Below, piece by piece: positions 29,736 through 43,816 of a DNA stretch of 64,000 nt. Location of the stretch: the NCBI RefSeq assembly GCF_009914755.1, contig NC_060935.1; one strand, written 5' to 3'. Numbering within the stretch: the first letter of the stretch is position 1; each line of letters opens with the position of its first letter. The translations under genes were made by a program, and so were the position numbers. The DNA is from the human T2T-CHM13v2.0 reference genome, Homo sapiens. A model generated the notes under the pieces. That model saw nothing but the letters and a program-made list of their open reading frames with translations. It did no database searches and was not told the origin of the DNA.

Positions 29736-30604
29736 CAGTGTTAAAATTATTTCATTTGTTCTGTATTCATTTTCCCTTGGTCTTTACTTTTCACTTTCCT
29801 GGGATTGTAGTATTTGACTTGTCCTTTCAGTTTCTCAGGAAAACCTCCTTACGGGATGAGTCATAAAAGAACATTTCACACAATCATCTTAAACATCACT
29901 CCCTCTTTCTTTACCAGTTTCCCAAGACTGAACTGGAAACTATACTTTGATTCTCCACCAGCCTGTGACAGGTGCCCTCTCAATCTAGGAAAGCCTTCAG
30001 AAAATTATAGGATATCACTTTTCCTTGTGAGTGTTGATAATATTTTCCTAACTATCCTAAATATAAGCCTATTGGGACTGGCACATGCTGGAATCCTCAA
30101 TGGCCCGACCTTCTCCAAAAGTCCTTATATCTTAGAATTCCCAACGGAATAGACAGAAGAAGCCCACATCAGGGTCCCTTGCTATATGTCAAAGAAAATT
30201 TCCATCTGTTTCATTTGGCAAGTGGTAACTTCCAGATGGCTTCATTTAAACCTGCCATTCCTCTCTCCTCCATTTAAGTCTCAATGGATACCATATGCCT
30301 GTCTGCAAATGAAGATTCTGAGAGGTAGCAATTTTCTTGCCCAAATCATTTTCTGCCTCTAGACCTAAGATTTTTCACCTGTGAAATTAGGAGGTTGGAC
30401 TAGATATTCTCTATGGATTCACTGTATTTCATAATTCTATGAATTTCTCTCTATGAAAGAGAACAGCTGAGAGAAATAATTCACATACTCTACTTTTAAG
30501 GAACAGAAAAAATTAAATTATGTTTATTAAAAATATCATAGTTTATATATCAGTAATCACTTATAATTTTCAGATCTTAAAGTAAAAAAAAGTTTTATCT
30601 AGTG

Positions 30605-30860
30605 ACAATAGTAGCATAGTATGGAGAAAGCAGTAGGGAGTTCTAGTCTTACAGATTTGGATTTAATATACAGTTCCATTATTTACTTTCTGTAAAACTG
30701 AGCATAGTACTCCATCTCCCTTGCTTTACACATCTGTAAGATAGGACAAATGATACTGAGCTTATAGGATATTTTGACAATTCATGAGATAACATGTATA
30801 AAGCACCTAATAGAGTACATAATGAATATTAATACAGATTATAATGATTGCAATAATATT
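30605..30860 (+). mobile_element. MIR SINE
   Basis: gcatagtatggagaaagca...catctgtaagatagg...tgagataacatgtataaagcaccta. Confidence 0.8.
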
Positions 30861-31477
30861 AATATTGCTTAGAGTTTATGCAAATTTCAGATACCATTAA
30901 TTTTTTAAGACCACACAGCATAGCTCAGCTGTGCAAATGCTTGCACTGTATTATTCATAAAGGTCATTTGATGTTGCACAATGGCTAGAGAGAGAGCTGA
31001 CCTCCCTAAAAACATTTTCTATATCTCTCCTTCCATGTTTATCCTCATATTCAGAAAAAGGAAATGAAGGCATTGGAAAGTTAAAGATAAAATAATATAT
31101 ATATTTTCTTTTATCAGTTTCCATATGCAGCATTCTTTCAAAATTAAAGTAAGAGTCAGCATTTCAACATATGTGTTTGATTTCTAATGACCTCCTGGCA
31201 GAAATAATGTTCCCTTTTCATGAAGAAAATGTCCATCCTGACAAGATTATGCTTATCCCTCTAGATTAGTTTTACATTAACTCCTTGTGGCTTCAAATAA
31301 AATAAGATTTTAATGATGAGGTCTGCATTAAAAATTTACTACTCTGATGATTTTCATGAACTGGTGGGAAGCAAAATATTCACCCTTTTCAATATTACAT
31401 TGGCAGATTATTATTTATTTCATGATCAATGAAACTATTAGGAGTCATTGGTTGATTTTTTTTGGAAGAACTGTTTT

Positions 31478-31920
31478 TGTTGAGGTCCACTTAGTAAAAC
31501 AGAAACCACTCTAGCTTTCATAAGCAGAAGGAATTGGTTTCACTAATTGGTTACTAGGTGATGAAAGAATTTTAAAAAATTAGGGGACAGTGAGGACATC
31601 CATAGATTAACAACAGCAGGAAGCCACTACTACTCCTAGGGCTGGAGCACCATTGGGAATAAGAGGATCCCAGGAGGCAGACCCAACCATGGAGCCAGAG
31701 CCACAGGTTGCCATGAGGGAGGTAGAACCCCAGAGGAAATTCCACTGCTGCTAGAGATGTCACCACTTTAACTCCCATTCTAAAACGCCCTCCAGTGTCT
31801 TCACTCGCCAAACCTACAAGAGTACAGTTTTCTGAAAAAAAAAAGGGTACAGTAAAGAAAGATCTGGGAATGCACCTGAGAATAAAAAAGAGATATGGTT
31901 GATGAGCCCAAGTTAAGCTA
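31478..31920 (-). mobile_element. Ancient ERVL/MaLR-class LTR, family uncertain
   Basis: gaggtccacttagtaaaacagaaaccactctag start; caacagcaggaagccactac...cctagggctggag. Confidence 0.4.
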
Positions 31921-32404
31921 AAGTTGTAAGTTCCTGGAGAACAAAGACTGTATCTAGTTTCTGAGTATACGCTCACCATTAACTCATCACCATGTGCAAG
32001 GATATGTTTAACATTTATTAACCAAGAGAATGAATGTGTAAGTTATTTGTATCAGACAACTTGCAGGCACTAGTCAGATCTGCTCAACCACTTGTTTCTT
32101 TATTCCCTAGCTACCTGTTTTATCTCAACTCCCATAGCAACTGACATTAGTAGGTAGAAGCCAACAATATATCTTGTCTTATATCTCCCATTCCAGAGGA
32201 ATTCATTCAAAGCCTACATATGCACAACCTACGGATTAATGCTTCATGGGAGATTGCAACTGGCAGATAAATGTCTCTCTTTCTCCTACTAATGGAGTAC
32301 CTTTAATTGCTGTTGTTCAAAAACCCTCCCAGAAAAAATGATCCCATGACATCAAGCAATCAGTAGCCTTAGATACCAAAAGGTGATGTTCTTGGTAACA
32401 TGGC

Positions 32405-32496
32405 CTCCTAATTGTGCTCCCTCCTTTCTTGCCTCCTTCCCTCTTTCTCTCTCCTAATTGTGCTCCCTCTTTTCTTGCCTCCTTCCCTCTTTCCCT
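32405..32496 (+). repeat. 46-bp tandem duplication, two copies
   Basis: ctcctaattgtgctccctcYtttcttgcctccttccctctttcYct x2, 2 mismatches. Confidence 0.95.
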
Positions 32497-32691
32497 CTCT
32501 CCTGCTTTCGAGGAATGGCACTCCCTCATAAGTAGCAGACCCTACACTGTTGGGGAAATTCAGGATGAGGCACTGGTAAAATTGAGAAGTCTGGAATCAA
32601 GAGTATGGGTTCAAGTGTGAACATTACCTTGAACTAGCCATTTGACCTTTAGCAAATCTGTTAGCCACTCAATACCTAAATGTTATTTATA

Positions 32692-33058
32692 ATTTCTTTC
32701 TTTGTTTCCTTCTTTTTCTTTGTTTCCCTCTCTCTCCCTCCCTCCCTCCTTCTCTTCCCTTCCTTTCCCTTTCTTGCCTTCCTTCCCTTCCCTTCCTTTC
32801 CCTTCCTTTCTTTCCTTCATTCCCTTCCTTTCCCTTCCTTTCTTTCCTTCCTTCCCTTCCCTTTATTCTTTTCCTTCCTTTCCCTTCCTTCCTTTCCCTT
32901 CCTTCCTTTCCTTCCTTTCCCTTCCTTCCTTTTCTTCCTTCCCTCCCCCTCCCTCTCCTCCCTCCCCTCCCTCCTCCTCCCTCCTCCTCCTTCCTCCTTC
33001 TCCTTCCTTCCTTCCTTTTCTCTCTCTTTCTCCCCCTCTCTCTTTATTTCATTCTTTC
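32692..33058. repeat. ~370-bp polypyrimidine tract, (CCTT/TTCCC/CCT)n
   Basis: Almost purine-free on the + strand; occupies the tail position of the adjacent AluJ. Confidence 0.95.
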
Positions 33059-33333
33059 AATAGAGTGTCTCATTCTGTTGCCCAGGCTGGAGTGCAGTGG
33101 CACAATCGTGGCTCACTGCAACTTCAAACTCCTGGGCTTAAGCAATCCTCCCACCTCAGCCTCCCAAGTAGCTAGGATTAAAGGCATGCACCACCACTCT
33201 CAGCTAATTATTTTAAATTACTTTTGTAGACACGGGGTCTTGCTATGTTTCCTGGGCTGGTCTCAAACTCCTGGCCTCATGCCTAGGCCTCCCAAAACAC
33301 TGGGATTGCAGGCATGAGCCACTGTGCCTGGCC
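33059..33333 (-). mobile_element. AluJ-like SINE
   Basis: ctcctgggcttaagcaatcctcccacctcagcc, ggggtcttgctatgtt; flanks aaatgttattt / aaaggttattt. Confidence 0.93.
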
Positions 33334-33699
33334 AAAGGTTATTTGTGAATATTTTTTGAACAGGGGCTCTGAGCCAATATGGTGCTTGGTTCTAAGACAC
33401 AAATTTAAAAAGAATGTGATCTTGGCTCTCAAGGACTTTACATATTAAGGAATGACAGATATGTAAATGAATAATAATGTCCTCATCTGTAAGGTAAGAA
33501 TGTCCTCTATAATTCAACAAGTCAGAAATTCAAAATTCAAACTTGGGATATTACATAAGTGTCTCAAATTGTTACCCTTAAAGATCTGATATTTCCATTC
33601 TGAGCTGAACAGTGTCATTATACAGACTAGCTTGAATTCTGAATAATGGTTGCCCCCAAGTATATTACCTTTATAATATTCAAAAATAAGAATATTCAA

Positions 33700-34130
33700 G
33701 GCTATATCTAAAACAACTACACTTGGCAATTTATCCTACAAAATAATCAGAGATGTGCAAAGATGTATGGACATGGATGCTTATAACAGTACATTATGTA
33801 AATAAAATATTAGAAACAACATAAATGTCCAATATAGGCTAAATAAACTATGAAGCATTCTTATGATATTAGTCTCTAAAATTAATATGGATGTTTATTT
33901 TTGACATAAAATATTGGAGAGATTTTTAAATGGGAAAAATTTATATTTTAAACTAGTAGGTAAAATATACTATCTCTTTAAAAAATTACATATATACATA
34001 CAAATCTAGAAGAAAACGTTAACTTTAGCTGCCCCTGGATGGTGGTTTATTGATATATTCTAATTTTTCTCCTACATAGATATATTTTATAGCTTAATGG
34101 CATAACAAAACTTAAATAAAGAAATCAAAG
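33700..34130 (+). mobile_element. L1ME-type 3' fragment
   Basis: ggcaatttatcctacaaaaataat...aaatattagaaacaacataaatgtccaa. Confidence 0.65.
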
Positions 34131-34231
34131 TAATCTAACAATAAGTTTTCCCAGTCAGGCACCACTACAAGGAAAGTGACAATTTATTTCTGTACCACAC
34201 GCTTTCCTCTGTTAATCTACTTTAAAATTCT

Positions 34232-34356
34232 ACATATATGTGTGTGTATATATATATATGTATGTATGTGTGTATGTATGTGTGTGTATGTATATATATA
34301 TATACACACATATATATAAATATATACATATATATACATATATATATATATACACT
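34232..34356. repeat. (TA)/(TG)/(TATG) microsatellite at the L1 tail position
   Basis: Read directly from the sequence. Confidence 0.9.
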
Positions 34357-36090
34357 TACATTTAATGGTAAACGTATGTCACAGTGGTTTGCTGAGCCTA
34401 TCAACCTATCACCTATGTATTAAGCTCCACGTGGATTTGCTATTTATCCTGATGCTCTTCCTACCCCTGCTGCCCACCCTGCCCCAACAGGCCCCAGTGT
34501 GTGTTGTTCCCCTCCCTATGTCCATGTGTTCTCATTGTTCAGCTCCCACTTATAAGTGAGAACATGTGTTGTTGGTTTTCTCTTCCTGCATTAGTTTGCT
34601 GAGGATAATGGTGTCAAGCTCTATCCATGTCCCTGCAAAGGATATGATCTTATTCCTTTTTATGGCTGCATAGTATTCCATTGTATATATGTACTACATT
34701 TTCTTTATCCAGTCTATCATTGATGGCATTTGAGTTGATTCCATGTCTTTGCTATTGTGAATAGTGCTGCAGTGAACATACGTGTGCATGTACCTTTATA
34801 ACAGAATGATTTATATTCCTTTGGGTATATACCCAATAATGAGATTGCTGGGTCAAATGGTATTTCTCATTCTAAGTCTCTGAGGAATCGCCACACTGTC
34901 TTCCACAATGGTTGAACTAATTTACATTCCCACCAACAGTGTAAAAGCATTCCTATTTCTCAACAGCCTCACCAGCATCTGTTGTTTCTTGACTTTTTAA
35001 TGATTGCCATTCTGATTGGTATGACATTGTATCTCAATGTAGTTTTGATTTACCTTTCTCCAATGATCAGTGATGTTGATCTTTTTTTTATGCTTGTTAG
35101 CCACATAAATGTCCTCTTTTGAGAAGTGTCTGTTCATGTCTTTTTTTTTACTGTTTCATGGAGTTTTTTTTTCTTGTAAATTTGTTTAAGTTCCTTGTAG
35201 ATTCTGGATATTAGACCATTGTCACATGGAAAGACTGCAAAAATTTTCTCCCATTTTATAGGTTGTCTGTTCACTTCTGCTGTTCAGAAGCTCTTTAGTT
35301 TAAATCTCATTTAACTCATTTAAATCTCCTTTTAACTTTAGTTTAAATCTCTTTAGTTTAGGTCTCATTTGTCAATTTTTGCTTTTATTGCAATTGCTTT
35401 TGACGTTTTTGTCATGAAATCTTGCCTGAGCCTTTGTCCTGAATGGTATTGTCTAGGTTTTCTTTTAGGGTTTTTATAGTTTTGGGTTTTACACTTAAGT
35501 CTTTAATCCATCTTGAGTTAATTTTTGTATAAGGTGTAAGGAAGGGGTTCAGTTTCAATTTTCTGCATATGGCTAGCCAGTTTTCCCAGCACCATTTATT
35601 AAATAGGGAATCCTTTCCCCATTGCTTGTTTTTCTCAGGCTTGTAAAAGATCAGATGATTGCAGATTTGTGGTCTTATTTCTGAGATCTCTATTCTGTTC
35701 CATTGGTCTGTGTGTCTGTTTTGTACCAGTATCATGCTGTTTTGGTTACTGTAGACTTGTAGTATACTTTGAAGTCAGGTAGCGTGATGCCTCCAGGTTT
35801 GTTCTTTCGCTTAGGATTGTCTTGGCTATTTGGGCTATTTTTGGTTCCCCATGAATTTTAAAGTAGTTTTTTCTAATTCTATGAAGAACATTAATGGTAG
35901 ATTAATGGGAATGGCATTGAATCTATAAATTACATTGGGCAGGATGGCCATTTTCACGATGTTGGTTCTTCCTATCCATGAGCATGGAATATTTTCCCGT
36001 TTATTTGTGTCCTCTCTAATTTTCTTTAGCAGTGACATATAGTTCTCCTTGAAGAGGTCCTTCACTTCTCTTGTTAGCTGTATTCCTAGG
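34357..36090 (-). mobile_element. 5'-truncated L1PA10/11-like LINE-1
   Basis: 3'UTR ggtaaacgtatgtcacagtggtttgctg...tattaagc; ORF2 remnants 35412-35735 and 35835-36090; flanks aaaattcta / aaaatacta. Confidence 0.9.
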
Positions 36091-36309
36091 AAAATACTAG
36101 TAATATTAAGAATTTTATCCACATTAAAAAAATTAATAAAGAAAAGAAAAATTTCCCTCAGTATTACTTCACATTAAATGCAACTTTTATGAAGGATGTT
36201 TAGAGTTTAACAATTTTGATGTCCCTTGGAGCTCATTAAATTGGGATTCACTCTGAAGAATAAATTAACTTTCAGTGAATCATAACATGGGGTAGAAGGG
36301 AACAAAATG

Positions 36310-36510
36310 GTACAGTATTGAGGACACATTTTGAAGTCTGAGAGTCATAGATTTAAATCCTAGCTTTTCACCTACCAGTTGTGTGGATTGCACTTTCTTC
36401 AGATGAAAAGTAGAAATATTAAGACCCAATAAACAATTGTGAAGCTGAATGGGGATAACCTGAGAAAGGCCTGGCACACGGCCTAGTGCAGAATTTCTAT
36501 CGATAAAAGT
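36310..36510 (+). mobile_element. MIR SINE, source of an inverted copy at 37336-37444
   Basis: ggtacagtattgagga...atttaaatcctagct...gataacctgagaaaggcctggcacacggcct. Confidence 0.8.
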
Positions 36511-37216
36511 TAGTTCTTTTCCCATTTTCACCACCCCAAAGTCTATAAAGAAATAACTAGGAGTGAAAGGGAATTATAGATTATACATCTGAATCTATCC
36601 TACTTTCCTAGTTTCCTGGATTTTTTTTTAACATTTTGACATATAAGAGAAATAAAAGGAGGTATTAAAAAAGAAGAAACTAAAATACAAGTGGAAAGCT
36701 GAAATGTCTCTATAACCACAAATATTGCAATTATCCAAATTTATTTCTGAGTAGTTCAAATTTAAAACAAATCTTTGTTTTAGTTTTTACAAATTGGAAC
36801 AGATTATTCATCTATTTTTCATTTAGGGAAGGAAAAATGTTATCTTTCATAAGAGCAGTTTTACTGTGATGTACTTTTCTATGTCAGAAAATTCATTTTT
36901 AGAATTTTCATATTGCAGCTAAAGTGTGCAGTTAAATGATTCTCAATCCACTATAATGCATCAAATTCTAGGAAAATGAATCTCTTAAGTGTAAAAATTA
37001 AATATCTTTCCTGTCATGTTCATACCATTAAGCTATGCGGTACATTAAAAAAACAAAAAAAGGGGAAAAAAAAGAAATCTACCTTTTTCAATAAAAGTTC
37101 AAAATGCCCCAGAGAAATAAATTGTTCTTATCATAATTTCTTATGTAAATGGACCATTTATACAGAGAAACATAAGCAATTTGGTGAGCATTGGAATAGA
37201 TATTGATAAGAATATA

Positions 37217-37256
37217 GATACAGACACATCCTAAATGATACAGATACATCCTAAAT
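37217..37256 (+). repeat. 20-bp tandem duplication
   Basis: gatacagaYacatcctaaat x2, 1 mismatch. Confidence 0.9.
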
Positions 37257-37335
37257 GTGCTATTTCAGGAAGTCTTAAAGAATATTTTCCTCTCCATACA
37301 GCCAATGTGACTCTATTCTGGATTTTCACATTTCA

Positions 37336-37444
37336 TCTGCAGTAGGCTGTGTGCCAGGCCTTTCTCAGGTTATCCCTATTCAGCTTCACAATTGTATTGG
37401 GTCTTAATATTTCTACTTTTCATCTGAAGAAAGTGCAAGTCCAC
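37336..37444 (-). repeat. Inverted duplicate of 36383-36492
   Basis: Reverse complement aligns with 3 substitutions and 2 small indels over ~110 bp. Confidence 0.95.
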
Positions 37445-37622
37445 TTTCATTTTCACTTTGGTACCTTCCTTAAAGTGACAAAACAGCTTTTTCTTCTGGC
37501 ATAGAACCATATCCACAGGGAAATTTTAACCTCTCATTGAAGTGGCAATGAATATATAGAGAGCTAAGGAGACAGGTAGTGACAAGAGGTAGCAATAAGG
37601 ACAAAAGAAAAACAAAAGTTAG

Positions 37623-38238
<616 letters not shown>

Positions 38239-39148
38239 GAGAATCACACATTTTTAAAGTGGATTTCATATTTCCTGATTTTTCCTGTGTAAGGATTGTT
38301 TTGGAATGACCAAGCTTCTAAGCATCAATCCTATCTCCATTCTCAATTAGAAGTTTCAAAGCACCTTGGAAAATAAGTTCAACTGTTTAAACTTCTGTGA
38401 GAGCACAAGGTCATGAAAATCATGAAAATAACACTGTAAAAGAGTTAAACCACTCTCACTTCTCCAGCAGACCAGCATTTTGTGTTTTCCGACCTGGAGA
38501 AAACCAAAAGCAAGCAAGAGAGGGCAGAAAAGAGACTGAAAGCCTTGGCTCCCAGGCACAATTACACATCACACAAAGGAAGCTGTTGAGCAAAGGAGGG
38601 TTGAAGGGTCGAAGAGTAGTGTGCAGGAATATGAATCAGAATATTGATGAAACAACATCTTATGATTATGTCTGCAGAGAGGCATGGCAAAGCCAGTTCA
38701 GCTCCAGAAAAACACACAAAAGGAGTGCGTTTTCACAGGTAAGTGAGGGTTTAGCTCTGAGGAGGTGCACATCAGCTTTATAAACAGCAAGTATAGTGAC
38801 CCTACTGGGTCACTCAGAGAAATCATCTGAAAACAAGGCAAGGCAGGGTGGGCTTGGAGGTCTGGATTTGACACTGACAGGATGAAAACAACACAATCAT
38901 TATCCCTCGTCTCTCCGAAGTAAAGGGCAGGGCACCCTCCACTAGCTGAAGTAATAGGCAGCATACCCCTTTGTCAGCTGAGTAGAGGGAGGGCACCCGT
39001 TGGCTGGCTGAAGTAAAGGTCAGGGTTTCACCCCAGGTTCCAGTGTCCTGAGGGAAATGGAAAAAGCTCAAGGGACACAAGTTGAAGGGAGCAGGATAGC
39101 CAAGTCCCTGCCTCTTCATAAAAGGCCAGCTACAGTCTTGGTTAGGGG

Positions 39149-39510
39149 TATATTAGTCTGTTCTCATGCTGCTAATAAAGGCATACTTGAGACTGGGTAA
39201 TTTATAAAGGAAAGAGGTTTAATGGACTTACAGTTCCACATGGCTGGGGAGGCCTCACAATCATGATGGGAAGCAAAGAGAAGCAAAGGCACATCTTACA
39301 TGGCAGCAAGCAAGAGAGTGTGTGCAGGGGAACTCCCCTTTATAAAACTATCAGAACCTGTAAGACTTATTCACTATCACAAGAACAGCAGAGGAAAGAC
39401 CTGCCCTATGATTCAATTACCTCCCACCAGCTTCCTCTCATGACATGTGGAAATTATGGGAGCTACAATTCAAGATGAGGTTTGGGTTGGGATACAGCCA
39501 AACCATATCA
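39149..39510 (-). mobile_element. THE1B/C-like MaLR solo LTR
   Basis: tattagtctgttctcatgctgctaataaag...gggagctacaattcaagatgag...cagccaaaccatatca. Confidence 0.93.
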
Positions 39511-39959
39511 CTTAGGGGTCTCTGACAGTCATTCCATTGCATGCTTTCCCTTTTCTTTAGATTCCTCCTTTTCTTTAGAAAAGCTACTCTATGCTCTCTT
39601 CTGTTGCTCAGTATTTTAAATTTCTTACTTCACCCCTTTGGCTCCTGTTTTCTATTCCTGGAGCTCCATGCTTTTTAGAAACTCTGCCTTCACCTGGCAC
39701 TGTGTCACATACAGATTCCACCCTCCAGCACAATGGGCAAGAGGCTCTCTAGCATCCTTCTGGGCTCTGGTCCTCAAGATTGACTCAGTTCTCCATCAGT
39801 TATACCTAACCATCCCCCCTTAATTTCCTTCTAGAAGTAACATGGACCAGTGGGCAGTCTTTTGACAATAACTTTCAAGTGTTTGTGCTTTAAGCCTTTG
39901 AATAGGAATGACCAAGATTAATTTCAAGGCTCTATTGATTTGTGGGGTTAAAGAAGCCT

Positions 39960-40670
39960 CCTAGAGATCTCTCAAATCTGTTCTATAGTCTCCTTTCCCA
40001 TTATGTAGTTCAAGCTCTATCATATCTGACCTTTATTGATCCAACAGCTTCCATCTCTTCTTCCTTTCTCCAGTTTCCCACAAGACTTCCACAAATCTAT
40101 TTTACACAGTATGATGAGATAATTTTCCTGAGATAAAACCTGACTACATCATCATTCAGCCAAAATTTCATCATTAACTTCCCTTGCTCTTAGGATGCAA
40201 TGGAGTACCTTAATAACACCTTCCAATCCCTGCATGACTCCCTATTTCTTCAGCAACTTCTCTCTCTGTTCCTTATGGTGATAAGCTCCAACCACAGCAA
40301 GCCACTGTCAGTGATCTGGACACATCTAGAACTCTCTCACTTCTATGTCTTTATATATGCCAGAAATTTCCTCTTCAACCTTGTTCTAACTTTAGCTGGT
40401 TAACTTCTACCCATCCTCTTGGCTTTAGCTACCTCCAGGAAGCCACGTCTGCTCCCACAAAATTAGGTCACATGGCTCTTCCTAGCTGCCACAGCATTTT
40501 GCTTTAAGCTCTCTTATGATAATTAATGGCATTATATGTTGATCAGCCACTTATTTTCCTGAATTCCCATTAAACTCTAAGCTCCACAAGGGCAGGGATC
40601 ACTTCTGTCTAGCATAGAGTCTGGCATGAAACCTACAATTAATACATTTTGGTGGAAGAAACAAAGAATG
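39960..40670 (+). mobile_element. L2 3' region
   Basis: ctaagctccacaagggcagggatca...tctagcatagagtctggcat terminus, with an upstream pyrimidine-rich L2 body. Confidence 0.75.
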
Positions 40671-41424
40671 GAGGAAAAGGAGATAGACTGCCTGGCTGTG
40701 TTAATTATACTCCTGGAAGTGACTGGGTTACTTATAAATAATTTCCTTCTCATGAAGAACAGGTTGGTGCACTGCAGGTCAAGACTGACACACAGTGGAT
40801 ACACACCCAAGTCAAACTGTGCCTCCTTCACAATGCTGCCCAGGGCAAGCCCTTTACAACATCAAAGTGGGCAAGCCCCGTTACATGTCTGCCTTCACCC
40901 AGATGGAGGGTACACAGTAAACACAACATCACCTAAATGTTATTGCTCTGGTTGTTTAGATATCTGAGGGGAAAAAAGGAGTGAGGCCACAGTAGGAAGG
41001 TGTCATCTAAGATATGTGCTCATCTGCTTTCTAGGATTTATCTGACACATGATGAATTCTGACACCTGTAACACAATGTTAAGAATATGCTTTTGAATGT
41101 GAAATATATGTGCCTTGGAGATTTCAGTTTCTACCACAGAAGCTAATTTAGGGAAATGCACAGATAAGAATAGATAAGAATTCAGGTGCTCAGGTGAATT
41201 CCTCACTCTACATTCAAACTACAGAGAGAGAATTCAGAAAACAGTTCCCAGTTCATTGATTGCAGTGTGATGGGCTCTGAAAAGCCACTTGAGAAACTGA
41301 AGAGAGAATAAAAAAGTTACCCATACTCTCTTGCTCATAGAGTGAATGTCATTTGAGCATAAGCACCATACACTCAGTGATGATGCTTGGAAATTTTGCA
41401 TTCAAAGTTAGGAATACAAGTGAG

Positions 41425-41673
41425 ATTCATGTATTCAACATTCAACAAATATTTATTAAGTACCTACCATATGGTGAGTATTGTTCTAGGCACTAAGGAT
41501 ATAGCAATGAAAATGTTTGTTAAAATACTCATTCCTGTGGAGCTTAAATCCCAGTACAGTATCTAGTATATCAGATGGATATAAGTGATATAGAGAAAAA
41601 TAAGGCATAAAGGAGGATATACAATACTGGGAAGAAAGGAGGTTGCAGTCTAACAAAAAGTAGTCTGAGAAGG
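41425..41673 (-). mobile_element. L2a 3' end (continues at 42023-42050 and 45190-46310)
   Basis: cattcaacaaatatttattaagtacctaccat...gttctaggcactaaggatatagca. Confidence 0.85.
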
Positions 41674-42022
41674 TGTCTGAGTCTATTTGGGTGGCTATAA
41701 AAAACAACATAGACTTATGCAACAAACAGTTGCTAGAGCCTGGGAAGTCCAAGATGAAGGCACTGACATATTCACTGTCTGATGCGAATTTGCTTCCTGG
41801 TTTGTAGACTGCACCTTCTCAGTGTGTCCTCACATGGTAGGAAAGGCACAAGAGAGCTCTCTTGGGTCTCTTTATAAGGACACTAATCACATTCATGAGG
41901 GCTCCACCCTTATGACCTAATCCCTTCCGAAAGGCCTTACCTCTAGATATCATCATATTGTAGGTGAGAATTTTGAAATATGAATTTTGGGGGAATAAAA
42001 TGCAAACATTCAGTTCATACCA
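41674..42022 (-). mobile_element. MLT1A-like MaLR solo LTR
   Basis: tgtctgagtctatttgggtggctata...catgagggctccacccttatgacct...aaacattcagttcatacca; TSD gaagg/gaaga. Confidence 0.88.
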
Positions 42023-42344
42023 GAAGACCTCACTGAGAAAGTGATGTTTGTCTTTTACCATTTCAGTTGCTATTTGTTCAAACATTTTTTTGCACCATTC
42101 ATCGTCTTCTCTATTTCTGAGACTGCAATTGCACATATGTTGTATATTTTAAAAATCATTTCCTCTCTGTTCTTCAGATTAAATCACTTCAATTATATTT
42201 TTCTTAAGTTCTTTGACACATCTGCCATTTTTCACTATTCTGTGAAGTACATCCAGTTAATGTTTAAAATTTCAGAGAGTGTATTTTTGCATTCTGGAAT
42301 TATAGTTTTAGTGCATGTGTTTTAAAAAGTAATTTCTGGGTATA

Positions 42345-43802
<1,458 letters not shown>

Positions 43803-43816
43803 AAAAAGTAATTTCT

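Noticed and set aside
32680-33317. F/P/S/L-rich ORFs
   Set aside because: They come from a stop-free polypyrimidine tract plus Alu read-through.
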